From Vicugna vicugna (taxonomy: Eukaryota), in contig MU062295.1 of NCBI GenBank assembly GCA_013265495.1, positions 25,170,552-25,234,551 of the forward strand: DNA of 64,000 bases, given 5' to 3'. Positions 7,616 through 21,188 of the stretch are shown piece after piece. A program made the translations under genes and the position numbers. A model generated the notes under the pieces. It searched no databases, was not told where the DNA came from, and saw nothing but the letters and a program-made list of their open reading frames with translations. Position 1 is the stretch's first letter. The number at the start of each line of letters is the position of its first letter.

Positions 7616-10600
7616 GTAAGCCCAGGCACTGGAAAGCCAGAGAACAAAACAAAACCCTCTTACCTGCTCCAGGAAAAAAGTGACAGGGAAGTTGGTGTGG
7701 GGAGAAAGGAGCCGACATTCGCAGGTCGCACCTAACCTCGTGCAGCAGCACTGATGTTTGACTGGGGTTTTCTGTACTTTGCATCTCACCTAGTTCAAGT
7801 CTGAAACCGCCCAGAGGAGGATGACGGGGGAAGACGGATAGGAAGGAAGTGGCACGATGGCTGTCAGGCTCCTTGCTTAGCAGGTGCATTTGCAAATGCT
7901 GAAAGATCGAATAACTATGTTTGAAACACTTCCCATGAGATGGAATTCTTGAATGAGCTCAAGGCCCAGCCACTGGCACTGCTGGTTGGGAACTGTGCCA
8001 ACAAGCAGGGGGGGCTGTTCACCCTACAATCTGTTGCTGTGAGAGTGTGTTTTTCCCCCTTCTTCCCACTGAAAGCAAACTTCTTAGGCAGAAAGCCGAA
8101 GACACTGGCCTGTGGCAATATGTTTCACGTTCTTTTGTGTCTGTGGATTTTGAGGCTGTTGGAGGGATCTTTCAGAAAGGTTTTGTCAGGAAGTAGTCTC
8201 CTGCTGTCAGAGTTACATGTGGTTAATGTTAAATCACTTTATAGGCAGAGAGGGCAAATGTTCTATAGACCACTGAGGCGCAAAGAGTACCTTTCTCTCC
8301 ATCTGTGTACTTTGTTCTGTTTTTCCAAGGATTTTTTTTTTCCTTTCTTAATGACCTTCTCACTAGCTTAACATTTTTACCTCCTGTCTTAGATATAAAT
8401 CGTAAATATTGGCCTAGAAGCTTGCAACCAGCAAATGCTAACCTAATAGGGTTGGACGCTAAATTAGTTATCATTAGGTGCATTTCCTCCTTGATGTTTA
8501 ATGTGATAATAAAACCTCCTTTGTTCTTTTGTGATTTATGCTTATGCCTTAAGCTGAAATAATGCCTTCTTTCATTTGTTTTAAAATCCCCAGATGCGGG
8601 GGAGGGGAATAAGGAAATCAAAAGAAAGGCTGTAATACCCTATTAGATTCCCAGGCTGACCAGAATTTTGCCTCACATAGCAACCACCATATGTATTCCA
8701 CTGAATTAATTCATTTCCAAAGATAAAAGGGATTTGCAACTTGTGTTTTGGCTGTGTTACCATTTTATTTTCTGTCTTAAGTGTTTTTTGTGAGAGATCA
8801 TAAAATGTTTTCATCCATTTTTCTGTAGACTCCTAGTGTGGTATTAACCCTTCAGCAGTAAGCAGACTGCAATGTCAACTCCATACTGGCCGTAACTTGG
8901 ACTCCACGTGACAGTCAAAATTGCCAGAATTGGGCAAACTTAGCACATTCTCCAGAGACTTGACACTGGGGTGGCCTGAGGATCTGAGCTGAGTTTTGGA
9001 TCTTGATTGTGAGAGTGAAAAGAACCTTAGGGACATCGAGGCCTGGCCTCTCATTTTTGCCTTGAGAACTAGAACCCCGGGACTGGGCTGCTGCCAGGCC
9101 TGTTGTTCTAGGGCTTTGCCTCGGGCTTCATATTGAGATGTGGAGGCTTTATCCCACATCTGCGGTTTTGCAGCCCGTTGTGGGTGGCCTATACTTGAGT
9201 GGGTTGGGAGAACAAAAGAGAGGAAGGGATCATTCTCAGCCTAGGCTGGAGCAGGATATTCCCAGCCTAGGCTTGTGCAGAATCCTGGGTACAGGGCGGC
9301 AGGGTGGACTGCCACTCAGACAGTGAGCTCTCTCCATGAGGTTGCAGCACCCACATGCCTCCCCTGCTGGCTGCCCATACTGGTCCCAGATTCCCACCAC
9401 TGAGCTGGAGTCCTAGGCTGGAGAAGATGGCAGCCCTGTTTTGAGGGCTGGGAGGAAAGGCAGGAAGGAAGGAGAAGGGATGGTCCTTACTGGCTTTTAC
9501 CCTGAAGCATGGAGTCATTTATCACATAAACTTAGTGTGTCTTTGGGAGGTGCCTTCTTTAGCCTGAAAGAGCTGAGATATTGCAGTTGGGGTGGGAAGG
9601 GGATGAGTAGACGGAGGAGGGACTTGAAGGTGGAATGGGATCAGGAGTGATGCCCTAAAGTTGGGGGTGGGGGTGCACAGGGCTTTGGCTCTGGCCCTGG
9701 GTGGTCAACTGGTGCTTTTAAGCATTGAGAATCTGCTCTGAGGTGCAAAGTTGATCCCTATTTTAAAAAACTCTTCAAAAGTCAAAACCAAACCAACACA
9801 CACATACACACACACACAAAACTCTTAGAAAGAGAGAAAACTTACTCTGTGTTCCCGCCTACCTATTTAACAGTTGCTATAGAAAGCACAGATGTCTAAT
9901 TTAGCTTATTGCAAGACTTTGTTTCTTCTAAATAACATCCACTGTGATGGACTGTTGAGTCAAATGCTTAGTAAAATAAAATGAACTCATGTATATGCCA
10001 TTTGAAAAGAGTAAAGGGTTGTGTATGTGATTTAGGATATTTACAGAAAGTGTTTGATTTTTAGCCGTAGTTGTTTTGTTTTTTTATTGTTGTTTTGATC
10101 TTTTGAGGAAGCTGGGATAGTAGGAATTAGTATTTTCATAAGCAATCCATTAGTCTAAAATTTCCTCCATTCCTATCCATTATCTGTCTTTATCAGGACA
10201 CATTCATTGGATGCCAGATTCAGGAATTCTTCCTACTCCTGGTTAGAACCTCTCAAATATTTACAAGAATCCTGTTTTGAATTTTTTTGGTTATATTTCT
10301 TCCTGACAACATTAGGATTTGAAGAAATACACTAACACTAGTTGTTCTGACTGACTTGTACGTAGTCAAATGTTTCCAGAGGAAACCACTTTTTATGAGT
10401 AGCTATATTTATAAGACTTTATTTACTTGTTAATTTTCAAGTGTGTTTTTTAATGTTTACTTTTGCAAGGCAGTTTTTCAAAGAATATTGCGTTTTGTCT
10501 ATTTCTTACTAGTCTTCTTGACTTTTCTCATCATTTTAAGAAAAACCTTTCTGTTTGCTTTCTATCAGTTTTTGCTAATATTTGATAAATATTAATGTCA

Positions 10601-10769
10601 AATGATATTTGTCTTCTTATTGGATCTTTTAACTGGTTGCCATAGGATGTATTTTTATGTCTCCTATGAATAAATGTATGGCATTCATCATGTGAGATCT
10701 TGTTTTGTTGACCCCACTGGCTACTGGTGTTGGGCAAGCAGAACCAAAAGGCACTAGGTCATGGTGCCA

Positions 10770-10977
10770 CGAAGCCTGAAACTCTGGGCTTGGGGGCCGG
10801 CCTGCATGAGTTCCCATCCTGACTCTCCCACTCGTTAGCAGTGTTGCCTTGGAGGGTTTACCTAACTTTCTGCATGTAAGTTGAACTTCATATCAGTCCT
10901 CACTTCACTGGCAGGATTAAGAGAGATGACCCCTGTAAAGCCCATAGAACAGCGCCTGGTTTATTGCTAATCGCTGC
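10770..10977 (+). mobile_element. MIR SINE
   Basis: GAGTTCCCATCCTGACTCTCCCACTCGTTAGCAGTG...AGGATTAAGAGAGATGAC...GTAAAGCCCATAGAACAGCGCCTGG. Confidence 0.65.
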
Positions 10978-13789
10978 TTTCTTTTACACTAGATACAGAG
11001 AAGGAAAGAACGTACTGAGCTTTGCGGCATATAGCATATTCTTCCTCGTTTTGTTTTTCACAAATCATCATTTTGTCATGTGTTAAGAAACATGGGCGTG
11101 ATCCATAGGCTAAACTGAAAATGGCGGCACTGAAAATTAACCATAATGTAAAAGTTCAGGCCTTGGAAGTCTGAAAGACCTTGTAAATGTCCTTGGGAGC
11201 CACAGCAACATTTACAATTTGAACTTACAGCAGGCTGGCCTTGGGGCACTGACGGGCCACCCTGAGGGCTGCAAACACTGACTTTTATGGTGAGATGGAA
11301 TGTGGGTGGGTCCCCTTTTGGCAGCTGGACTGAGTGCTGCCTCCCTGTTCTTGATGAACCACTGCTGCCCCGTGTGCCACGTGGAAGTGGGCTGCCATCT
11401 TCTGTCTTTCTGGAGGAGGTCAGAGTTTTCACATAAATTTGCAGCGTTTAAAAAAAACCTGGTACTAGATCACGAATTGCATTTTTTCCTTCTGAATTTG
11501 TGTATTTATCAAAAATTATGTAGGATTTTGGTGAAGGAAGGGGTGGTAAAGAGTTTTTATAATGCAATCATGCAATAAGTGAACTCATATTTCTTTTTTT
11601 CCCCCCCTAATTTCAGCGTTTAAGGCATGATTCCTCATTCAAATTTTGCAGGAGTTAGTGACTAAATGTATTTTTAACCTGTTCATCTGGATAATTGTTT
11701 TCTAGATCAATCTAGTCCTCCATTTTATGGCATAAGAGTACTTTCTAATAACTGATTTTCTTTACTGTGTCGTTTAGAAAGCCCAGTTCATAATTCTTTC
11801 TTGAATCATTAAAAGACACACGTGGTACCCTAAATGGGCAGGTCTGACCTTCATTTAGTTATGTAATGCTTGCCTCTTACCCAGCCTCATCTGTGAGGCC
11901 TATGATTTTTGTGGGCCTGTTTAAAGTTATCTTCATGGAAATTGTAGTAGATATTAGGTGTATGCCATTCAATGATAAGGATTTATAAATCTCAAGAACC
12001 CCAACCTCTCAAAAAAAAAAAAAGACCAGCTGAAAGCGTTCCTTGTTTTTCATGGCACACTTGCTTCTGTCCCTGTCCACCCTCGTCTCTCTTTTCTCAG
12101 TGGAGCTGGGGCTTATTATGAAGATTTATTATTGATCTTTTTGTATCTGAGTTTTTAGTATTTGTCATGTTTTTAACTGCTGCAACAAAATGAACTCACA
12201 AAAATTGATGCATTTAATGACATGTGATGGCTACTGGATTGCACAGCAATTAGGCCTAGAGAGTTTTTAATAATGGGCCCACCAGCATGAATGATTTTTT
12301 TTCTCCTGTGTTAAAATTCCTCATTAGCTGTACGCATAAGTGTCGTTCACACGTTATAAAAAGGACCCAGCCTCACAGAGGCCAAGGCTGCACTTGTGTG
12401 AAGTGGCAGCTCCCTATGCTCCATGGTCATGGGTCTGTGAGGTCTCACTCCTTTTGACAGCCTTCTCTCTTCTGCATCTTCTTGGTTTGGACTCAGCCCA
12501 AGGGTCCTGAGAAGCCTCCCTGCATGTCGCCCTCGTGGTGTCCCTGTGAGAGGACTTGGAACATCGGAAACTTGAGGCCTCCAGGTGGTTCCCTGAGTGC
12601 TGACGGTGTGGGGGTGGGGTGGGGCGAGTTAGCAGCGTGATCTCCGTGCTTGGTTTGGGGAAGAAGCTGTGCTCGGCCTGGTGTGATGCCAAACCTTTCC
12701 TGAACTCTGTCCTGGGTGATTTCTGTCCTGACCTAAATTTTAATTTCATACAAATACTCTGAGATGAAATGGTTTGTTGTGAAAGTTAATAGTCAATATT
12801 GATATTTGTTTTTCTTTTGGTGAGAGGAGATAGAAAATAAGAAGTCTTATGTGAGGAGAGTGGGGATGAATCAGTAAAGGTGGGTGGGATAGGCCAGAGG
12901 GGGCAGAAGGGATGATGTCTGGATTATTCTGAAGACACATTCTTTTGAATTCCATGTTTGTTGCTGTGAGCTGGCCAAGTTTATCCCTTTTTTCTTTTTT
13001 TTTTTTGTAACAAGTAAACAGAAACCATGAAGACCTGTGTGGCCAGTTACTACATCTGGAGTCTTTTCCCTGCTCAAGGCCATTAAGTATGAAAAAAAGT
13101 ATGAAATGTCATCTCTTCTACATCTCCTATTTTACTAGTTTCTTTTGCAAAGGACACTTGTGTCTTTAGGGAAAATGAGGTATATTGCAAGCATCTGGGT
13201 CACAAGGAAAAGACCATATGCCCTGTTGTCTTCCCTCAGGGACTGGTCACATGTCGCATTGCTCTCTGAGATTCTTCATTCTTCTCTGTCCACAGGCTTT
13301 AGAATCTCATCATTTCGAGCTTAAGCTTGGCTCTTCATGGATGCCCCAGCCTGTTGCCCTCTGTATGTTACATCTCATAGCAAATGGACCCATCTCTCTG
13401 TTAACTAATTTCAGATTTTTGAAAGGGGATCTGCCCAGTGAATCTTTTTGAGCCTCCCCAGGAAGCCAACGATTTGACCATCTGAAGTCTTAGAGAAGCA
13501 GATTCTGGAGGTGGGACAGATTCCTGCCAAAGGGGATGTGGCATTTTTGCGAAGCTGTTTAGAACTTTGATTCCTCATGTATGAAATGAGAACGCTCTGT
13601 CTGCTTCACAAAGTTAATTACAGAGATCAAATGTGAAGCTTTTTGCAAGTATTCAAAAGATAGACACATAAGGAGTATTATTACTAAATCTTTTTCAATA
13701 CAGTGTCTAAATTTCCCTAGACATTTCACTTAACCAGAATTGTCATGCTAGGCTTTTTGGCTTAATCTGCATTTTCCTCTTTAGCTGTG

Positions 13790-13910
13790 TGTTAAAATGT
13801 AAGTTCCTTGAGGATGGAGATCTTACCTTATTTTGTCTCTTTACCTAAGCCTTAGCAGGATGCTTGACCTACTGTAGGCAAATAATAAGTTTGAATGAAT
13901 GAATGAATAA
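13790..13910 (+). mobile_element. L2 3' end
   Basis: AATGTAAGTTCCTTGAGGATGGAGA...ending in TGAATGAATGAATGAAT. Confidence 0.7.
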
Positions 13911-13964
13911 GTGTGAGAGAGTGTAGGGTGTAGTGATTACACACCTTTGTAATATTTGGATTAC

Positions 13965-14225
13965 AAAGACTTTGGAACTAGGCTGTCTGGGTTAGAGTCT
14001 GAGTTCTGTCAGCTGTGTGACCTTGAGCAAAGGACTTAATGTCATAGATCCTCAGTTTTTTCTTTTCCTTCTGCAAACTGGAGACAATAATACCTAACGC
14101 AAGGGGTACTGTAAGGATTAAATGAACTAGTATATGTGAGGTATTTAAAAGAGTGCTTGACATAAAGCACAATGTTTTCTCTTTGGTGATGCAGGGCAGT
14201 TAAAAATGGTTACTTGTTGATGAAT
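13965..14225 (+). mobile_element. MIR SINE
   Basis: AGCTGTGTGACCTTGAGCAA...CCTCAGTTT...CTGCAAACTGGAGACAATAATACCTA...TAAGGATTAAATGA. Confidence 0.8.
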
Positions 14226-14344
14226 TAATGTGGAAATTCTTTCAGAAAGCACTTTTGAGATTGATTTGTAAATGGTTTGGGGCAAAATGTTTGCTTTAAT
14301 ATGTATGCAGTATAACTTCTTAATTTGAAAAATAGTATTTGTCA

Positions 14345-14484
14345 GGGGAGGGTATAGCTCAAGTGGTATAGTGTGTGCTTAGCATGTGCAAGGTCCTGGA
14401 TCCAATCCCCAGTACCTCCATTAAAAATACATAAATAATAAAATTTAAAAACCCTAATTACTTCCCTACCCCCCAAAAAACCTT
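14345..14484 (+). mobile_element. tRNA-derived camelid SINE (Vic-1-like)
   Basis: GGGGAGGGTATAGCTCAAGTGG...AATCCCCAGTACCTCCATTAAAAA...CCTAATTACTTCCC tail; degenerate TSD AAAAATA(GTA)TTTGT. Confidence 0.9.
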
Positions 14485-15040
14485 AAAAATATTTGTGGGA
14501 TGAGTTTAAGATATTTATAAAAATATGTCAGATGGTTTTAATTTGAATAACTACTAAGAATATCAAAAAAGTATCTTAAAATGGGCTTAAAGATGTTGAA
14601 CCCCTGTTAGGCCCAGGTGACTGTCTTGAATAACTTTTCATAGCTTGGGTGGATATAAATTTCTAAATCATTTGTTAACTCTTAATAAGATAGAAAATCA
14701 TCTCATGTAGAGCAAGGAAAAGTTATTTGCTCATGTTCCTTGAAGAGCAAATTGACTTTAGGTTATTTGAACACTTGTAGGTAAAAGTACTACTATATGA
14801 TCATAACTAAAGTATTTGAAGAAAGGCTAATTTTTACACTTCCCCCCTTAAAATATATTTATGTACTTTATGAACAACTCTTGATCTTATAACCAAGAAG
14901 TGGTGTTTCATGGAGCAGAGCTAAGCTGAGGGTATGATATCCACGGCACAGATCTGGGTGGATGTGTTCCCCCACCCAATTCTCCCTGAGCCCCAACCCA
15001 ACCCTTCCCATGTCGTGCACACATCTGAAGACTAATGTGT

Positions 15041-15437
15041 TTTTTTTTAATGGAAATGAACTTTTTATTGAAGTATACTTGATTTACAATGTTGTGTTAG
15101 TTTCTGGTGGACAGCAAAGTGATTCAGTTATACATATATGTATTCTTTTTCATATTTTTTCCATTGTGGTTTATTACAAGTTATTAAATATAGTACCCTG
15201 TGCCATTTATTTTCTGTATAGTAGTTTGTACCTGCAAATCCTAAACTCCTATCCCTCCTGTTCTTCCCCTTTGGTAACCATAAGTTTATTTTTAATTTGG
15301 TAACCATAATTTTTTTTCTACGTCTGTGTGTCTTTCTGTTTTGTAAGTAAGTTCATTTGTATCGTTTTTTTAAGATTCCACATGTAAGTGATATCATACG
15401 ATCTTTCTGTCTGACTTACTTCACTTAATATGATAAT
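15041..15437 (-). mobile_element. L1 3'UTR/ORF2-end fragment running into an assembly gap
   Basis: Poly-T then TTTATTGAAGTATACTTGATTTACAATG...AGATTCCACATGTAAGTGATATCATA...CTGACTTACTTCACTTAATATGATAAT; minus-strand peptide IIILSEVSQTE. Confidence 0.85.
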
Positions 15438-15780
15438 NNNNNNNNNNNNNNNNNNNNNNNNNNNNNNNNNNNNNNNNNNNNNNNNNNNNNNNNNNNNNNN
15501 NNNNNNNNNNNNNNNNNNNNNNNNNNNNNNNNNNNNNNNNNNNNNNNNNNNNNNNNNNNNNNNNNNNNNNNNNNNNNNNNNNNNNNNNNNNNNNNNNNNN
15601 NNNNNNNNNNNNNNNNNNNNNNNNTTTCCAATTAGACTTNNNNNNNNNNNNNNNNNNNNNNNNNNNNNNNNNNNNNNNNNNNNNNNNNNNNNNNNNNNNN
15701 NNNNNNNNNNNNNNNNNNNNNNNNNNNNNNNNNNNNNNNNNNNNNNNNNNNNNNNNNNNNNNNNNNNNNNNNNNNNNNNN
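15438..15780. other. Assembly gaps (N 15438-15624 and 15640-15780) separated by a 15-bp island
   Basis: Runs of n in the sequence. Confidence 0.99.
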
Positions 15781-17774
15781 TGAAGACTGTACTGTTGACT
15801 TTTCTCTTCATTTATATCATACATAATTAATTTACTTTAAATGCCTACTGTGTACTGGGCCCTAGGCTAGGAAGCTGTCCTCTTTGACAGTCCTTCTCAG
15901 ATCCCTCTGGTACCTGCCTTTCAAGTTGCTCTGCACTCGGTAGCTCCTGCTCACAAACAGCACACAAGAACAGGCTGTTTCGCTTCCACTTCTAAGAGAC
16001 TGGGGGCTTTTTTGGTGGGAGTGGAAGTAACTAGGGGGAGGGGGCAGATGTATGCCAGTTAGTAAGGCAGAAGCCATTTTCCACAAGGGGGGAAATAGCG
16101 TCCATGATGTTTAAATTCCATTGAGCTGTAAATTCTCCAGTTGTGCCATTTTCTGGATTACTACAGTTCTTTTCACTAGCCAGAAAACTCAAAACACCAT
16201 GTATTTGTAGCATGGTTGCTTTGGGAAGATATGTTCTGAGTTCCCAACAACAGGTTTTGAAATACATTTTTCAAACCTAAGTAAAATCTCCAACTAAGTT
16301 GAGGGTTACTGCTCAGTATTTGTTGCCTCTTAGGATCTTTGTGAATTTTTTTTTTTTTTTGCTGCCTTGAGTTTTGTCTTATTCTAGTACAGTGTGCTTC
16401 TCAAGGTACTTGGTAGCACTGCACACCCCAGTATGTCTTTTTGCATCTCCTAAACATATGCCTATCTTCCATTAGGGAGTGTGCAGTTGTCTAAATTTGT
16501 CATTTATTTTGGAAGATTTAGGAATGTGGAGATTGATACACGTTCTTGTGATCTTCCTTGCATCAGATTAGAACTGTGTAATTAACTTAATAAAGTGGGA
16601 AATGCTTTAACATCATGCCCCTATAAAACTGAAACTGTGAAGAAAAATATTGCGATTCACACTAATAAGAATCTTTGAAGTCTGGGTGGTTTGGCTAGAG
16701 AGATCTGGTTTATCTCTGAATGCTCACATCTGTCAGATTCCTTCTATGTTTTGAGGAAAATAGGAGGAATAACTTACTGTTGATGAGCAGCATGAAATTG
16801 AAATCCTACCTAGAAAGAGATTTGGTAATTCAGAAAGGTATTAAAAATATGTAAATGTAGAGTGTCTTAAAATTAATTATTAAAAAAGGACCTTAATGTA
16901 TATTTTAATAAACAACTGTGAATGTCTTTGCTGGGTGTAAATGATAAGCCTAGAATAAAATACATGTAAGAATTCTTGCTCTGAAGGAGCTTGCAATAAA
17001 ATTCACATGGACTCTAAAACAACTTTTTCAATATCATACTTAGGAAGCCATGGCATGGTTCTGTCTTTTGAGGTATAAAACTTTAAAAGAGTTTGTTATT
17101 GAGTAATTAAGGTTTGGTTTGAGTAAGAAAAGATGAGTTGGTAACTGAAAGTTGAAAGGAACTTTGGCTATTTATAGGTGGTCTAGAAACATGTAACTCA
17201 ATCAACTTATTCTATAATTAATGTTTTGACTAGAGTTACCAAGTGTGTGTCTGTTCATTTTTCTCTGGTCCAAATTGTACTGTCAAAGCTATGGCCCATC
17301 ATCTGTTAGAAGTTATTCAGGTCAAGGTAGAAGTAAATTTGTATGATGTCTTTTTTATTTTTTTAAATAAATCATTGATTATTCATTTTTTAAATGTATT
17401 ATTGAAAATGGGAACATGCATACTTTAGTATTTCCAGGCTAAAATTCTTTTGAATTATGGCCTTTTTTGAATCTTTCTGGATTATAGCATGATTTCACAG
17501 TGTCATCACACTGGATATATTTAGGTAATGATACACATGTATTCATCCTTTGCTCTCCATTTTTTAAGAATCAATAGGGGTCTGGCAGGTTGTATAGTAA
17601 GTAAGTAAAGTGGGTAATTAGAAAGTTCAGGCCTCAGAAGAATGTGAGTTTTGTTAGAAAATGTTAGTGAGAATTTTTAAAATATTGTGTAAGCCCCCCA
17701 AAATCCTGTCCACAGGTTGGACCTGACCTAGGCACCACCATTTGTGACCCCCAACCTGAAGATCAAGGTGGTTT

Positions 17775-18240
17775 TTCAGCCGTCTGTTGCTGTGTAACAT
17801 ACTCCTCCAAAACATGGTGACCCAAAATGACAATTTTCTCTCTTGTTTCTGGAGGATCCCAATCAAGTTCTTTCTTGGGGTCCATCTCAGCAAGATGGGC
17901 TGAGGTAGAGGGCCATCAGAGGCTCTTCACGCACAGGTTTGACACTTGGGCTGGTGGGTCGTCTTTCTTCTCATGCAGCTTCTCCACACAACTAGCCTGG
18001 GCATCCTTCCAGCACGGCCGGGTCCGTGTGGTCGGATTTCTACATTCTCACTGGCTTACCCCAGAGTGAGCATCCTGAGAAGTCTAGGCAGACCCCCCTC
18101 CCCCCCAAGGCTTCCTAGGGCCTAGCCTCAGACATTACTCAGTGCCACTTGGCCGCACCCAATCGGCCAGTGAATCTTAGTCCAGCTGGAATTCAAGAGC
18201 ATGGGGGAGTAGGCTTCACCTCTCGGTGAGGGAGTGGCTC
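17775..18240 (-). mobile_element. MaLR LTR (older MLT1 subfamily), solo
   Basis: CTGTTGCTGTGTAACATACTCCTCCAAAAC...CTAGCCTGGGCATCCTTCCAGCAC...GGTCGGATTTCTACAT...CCTAGCCTCAGA...AATTCAAG...CACCTCTCGGTGAGGGAGTGGC, typical reversed MLT1 blocks. Confidence 0.75.
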
Positions 18241-20249
18241 ACCCACAGGGAGGTCATCTTTGGCAATAAGCTGCTCAGTTATCATTCCCATCTCTCTCCA
18301 TCTGGCTCTACCTGCCTTTTCTGGTCTTATTGCCAACTGCTCTTATACAGAAACCTCTGTTTCCTGAAGCTTGACTTTAAAATTCTCCACTAGTACATAC
18401 ACATCCTATGTGCATTAATCCCTCTGCCTCGCTTTGTTAGGTACTTTTATATTGGAAAATTTTTTCTATTCATCAAGGACATAAATGCCCCAAGCATGGG
18501 CCTAATTTTTTTCTTTGTCCTAAGCACTAGATGGATTTAGTGTCCTAAGTATAGTAGGAATTCAGCTATGTTTGTGCACTGATTGACATTCGATATTCTG
18601 GATGGGTGGGGTTTCATGTTTAGTTTACTTTCTAGGTAGGATTTCAATTTCATGATGCTCACCAGAAAATATGCTTGATTCTCAAAAATGTTTTTCACAA
18701 AATCTTCCAAATTTGAATTTGATTTTAGGATCAAGTGAATTTGAATTTGGAAAGAACAGAGTCCTGAGAAATGAGATCTTCCTTGGAAAGAACACTTTCC
18801 CTCTATTTGATAGGAGCAAAGTTGCCAAAGGCCCTTGTTTGTTTGCATCCAGTGATACTTACTCTAAGGGACTCTTGGACACAGATGTAGTATTTTGGAG
18901 TACATAGTATTTTCGAGATCATCTAGTACCTATGGAGAACATCCCAGAGGCTCTATGAAAATTAATTGCCGGTATTTGAGTTGCTTGTTTTTTGTACTCC
19001 CGAAACATTAGTTAAATTTAGCAGTTGTCCAATAACTTCTATCATTGCCCCTTAGTATACCTAAATAGCGTCACTATAGAGTGTCCTTTCTTTCTTGTTT
19101 AGAAACTTTGCGTTGCTGGACCAGTTACTAAACTGGATTTGCCTCTTGCCACACTTCTTTCAAAACAAAGAGGAAGAGAAGTGGCTGGGACACCCTTTGA
19201 ATTCTGGGGTAGGGGGGACAAGGGGAGCATTTTTTCCCTTAAAGGAAAAAAATTTTTAGACAGTACTCTAAGATTAAAATATGTATATATTTCTTTAGAA
19301 ATACTTTGTATCTCCTTAAGGCGGCTGCTGCTTTTGTGAGAACCTACTGCATACATTTTAATTATTTGTCTATAGTAATGATGGTAATGTTATAGTTGTT
19401 TTGTCAGATTGCTCAATTCCTAAAATTTTAGGGTCATTTAAGAAATATATTTACACCAGTTTTCCCATTTGTATATTATAGATTCGAAATGATATCCTCT
19501 TCATTTTGCAGGCAACAGAAAGAGACTAATCTCTTTTGAGTTTAGTTTGAAGCCTGAAGCTTGGAAGCTAAGGCCAGGTTATGTGTCCTTCTAATGAAAG
19601 GCTCCTCCCAGTAGGTTTTTAACACACACATTTCAGTCGAGACCGATACTTTGTTCATCTTCTTAAAGCAAAATTTCTTCAATAAGTAAGTCAAAGGGTT
19701 AGGTCTCTGTTTCCCGAATTGTGTGTCAAATATTGTTACTAAGTGTTTCATTAAAAAAAGGTTTTGCAGTATATTATTTTGGTGTAAACAAGAGTTTACT
19801 GCAACACACCATGTAGCATATAATATCTTAGCTAGTATTATGAATTTTTAGAAGAAACCTGGTAGCCAGAAGCATAGTCTAAATATTCTGAACTTACTTG
19901 ATTTAGTTTTTTGTTTTGCTTTGTTTTGTTGTTGTTTTTGCAGAACACTTACTACTAACGTTACAGGGAACACAATTTGTCAAACCTCAAAATATTGCAG
20001 TTTCTTTATATGTGGGAAAATGTTATAAATTGTATACTTTGGGGTTAGTAACATTTGGGGCTTTTTTATTGTAGTGGTGGTAGTAGTAGTAATAGTTTCT
20101 TAAAAATTACCCCTCTTCTGCGGCCACTATCCATCTTATCCACACAAGCAAACCCTGTAAAGTCTCCCCTTGGTGAACACGTTTCCACAGTAAGAATGTT
20201 TTTTGCTTTTTAACACTCAAGCTTTACAGAACACGCATCCTTGAGTACA

Positions 20250-20340
20250 ATTTTTTTTTAAATTGAAGTATAGTCCGTTACAATGTGTCAATTTCTGGTG
20301 TACAGCACAGTGTCCCAGTCATGTATATACATACATATAT
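20250..20340 (-). mobile_element. Very short 5'-truncated L1 3' end
   Basis: T9 AAATTGAAGTATAGTCCGTTACAATGTGTCAATTTCTGGTGTACAGC, near-identical to the 2570 copy. Confidence 0.8.
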
Positions 20341-20724
20341 TTATTGAATACATTTTTTAGCTTAGATTTTTATAGGAAAAATTTATATGTATGCCTGCAA
20401 ACCCAATATTGACATTTTAAACACAAATGTGGGGGAAATATCTCAAGGTTCATTACCCAGTGCTGGCCAAGAGGATGTATGACATGTCACTGCCTAGAAA
20501 CAACACTTAATCTTCCTCATGGTTTGATCTCCAGTAAAGGGCATTGTAAGCATTTTACATTCAACATTATCGTTTGTTAATTATGCATGGGACTTTTGCT
20601 GTGTGTTTAATTTTAGAAAACAGGTTAAGGTCTTGGGTAGACATGTTATATGTTATTTTTTCTATTTAAAAGAATAGGACAATATTAGTGGGTTTTTTTT
20701 TTTTCAGGTAAGGGTTGCTGCCAC

Positions 20725-20890
20725 TCAATTAGAAATGCTATCCTAACTTATTTAATCCTCATAACAACCCAAGCAGGTAGGTGGTGTTGCTCCTGGTCTA
20801 CACAATGAGAGATGGAGGCCTGGAGTGGTAAAGTGAGTCGTTTGAGGTCTTACAGCTAAGTGGCAGGACTGGGATTTGGACCTGCTCTGG
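20725..20890 (-). mobile_element. MIR SINE
   Basis: TTTAATCCTCATAACAACCC...AGGTAGGT...GAGGTCTTACAGCTAAGTGGCAGGACTGGGATTTGGACC. Confidence 0.8.
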
Positions 20891-20951
20891 GAGTCTTCAC
20901 CACCATGTCAATCATAGAAATTAATCACATTCAACTTTTGTAAACTGAATA

Positions 20952-21077
20952 GGGGGAGGGTATAGCTCAGTGGTAGTGTATACCTAGCATACACAAGGTC
21001 CTGGGTTTAATTCCCAGTACTTTGACTTAAAAAATAAATGAACCTAATTACTCCCCTCCACAAAAAGAAAAAAAAAA
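20952..21077 (+). mobile_element. tRNA-derived camelid SINE (Vic-1-like)
   Basis: GGGGGAGGGTATAGCTCAGTGGTAG...GGTCCTGGGTTTAATTCCCAGTAC...AACCTAATTACTCCCC plus A tail; TSD AAAC(C)TGAAT. Confidence 0.9.
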
Positions 21078-21145
21078 CCTGAATGTGGTTTCTAAAAGTA
21101 TATGCAGAACAAGTTAAATTACAACAGAATGTTTGGTTGTCTGGC

Positions 21146-21150
<5 letters not shown>

Positions 21151-21184
<34 letters not shown>
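21151..21184. repeat. (GT)17 microsatellite
   Basis: Direct reading. Confidence 0.97.

Positions 21185-21188
<4 letters not shown>

Noticed and set aside
7206-7895. 229-aa antisense ORF over the promoter and exon 1
   Set aside because: No recognisable homology; long stop-free frames are expected in GC-rich promoter DNA.
12355-12362. TATAAAAA as an internal promoter
   Set aside because: Common in AT-rich DNA; no clear downstream exon or donor support.
15625-15639. 15-bp island between N runs, and TGAAGACT on both sides of the L1 as a TSD
   Set aside because: Gap-filling artefact; the 8-bp match does not abut the poly-T tail, so it is not a valid TSD call.
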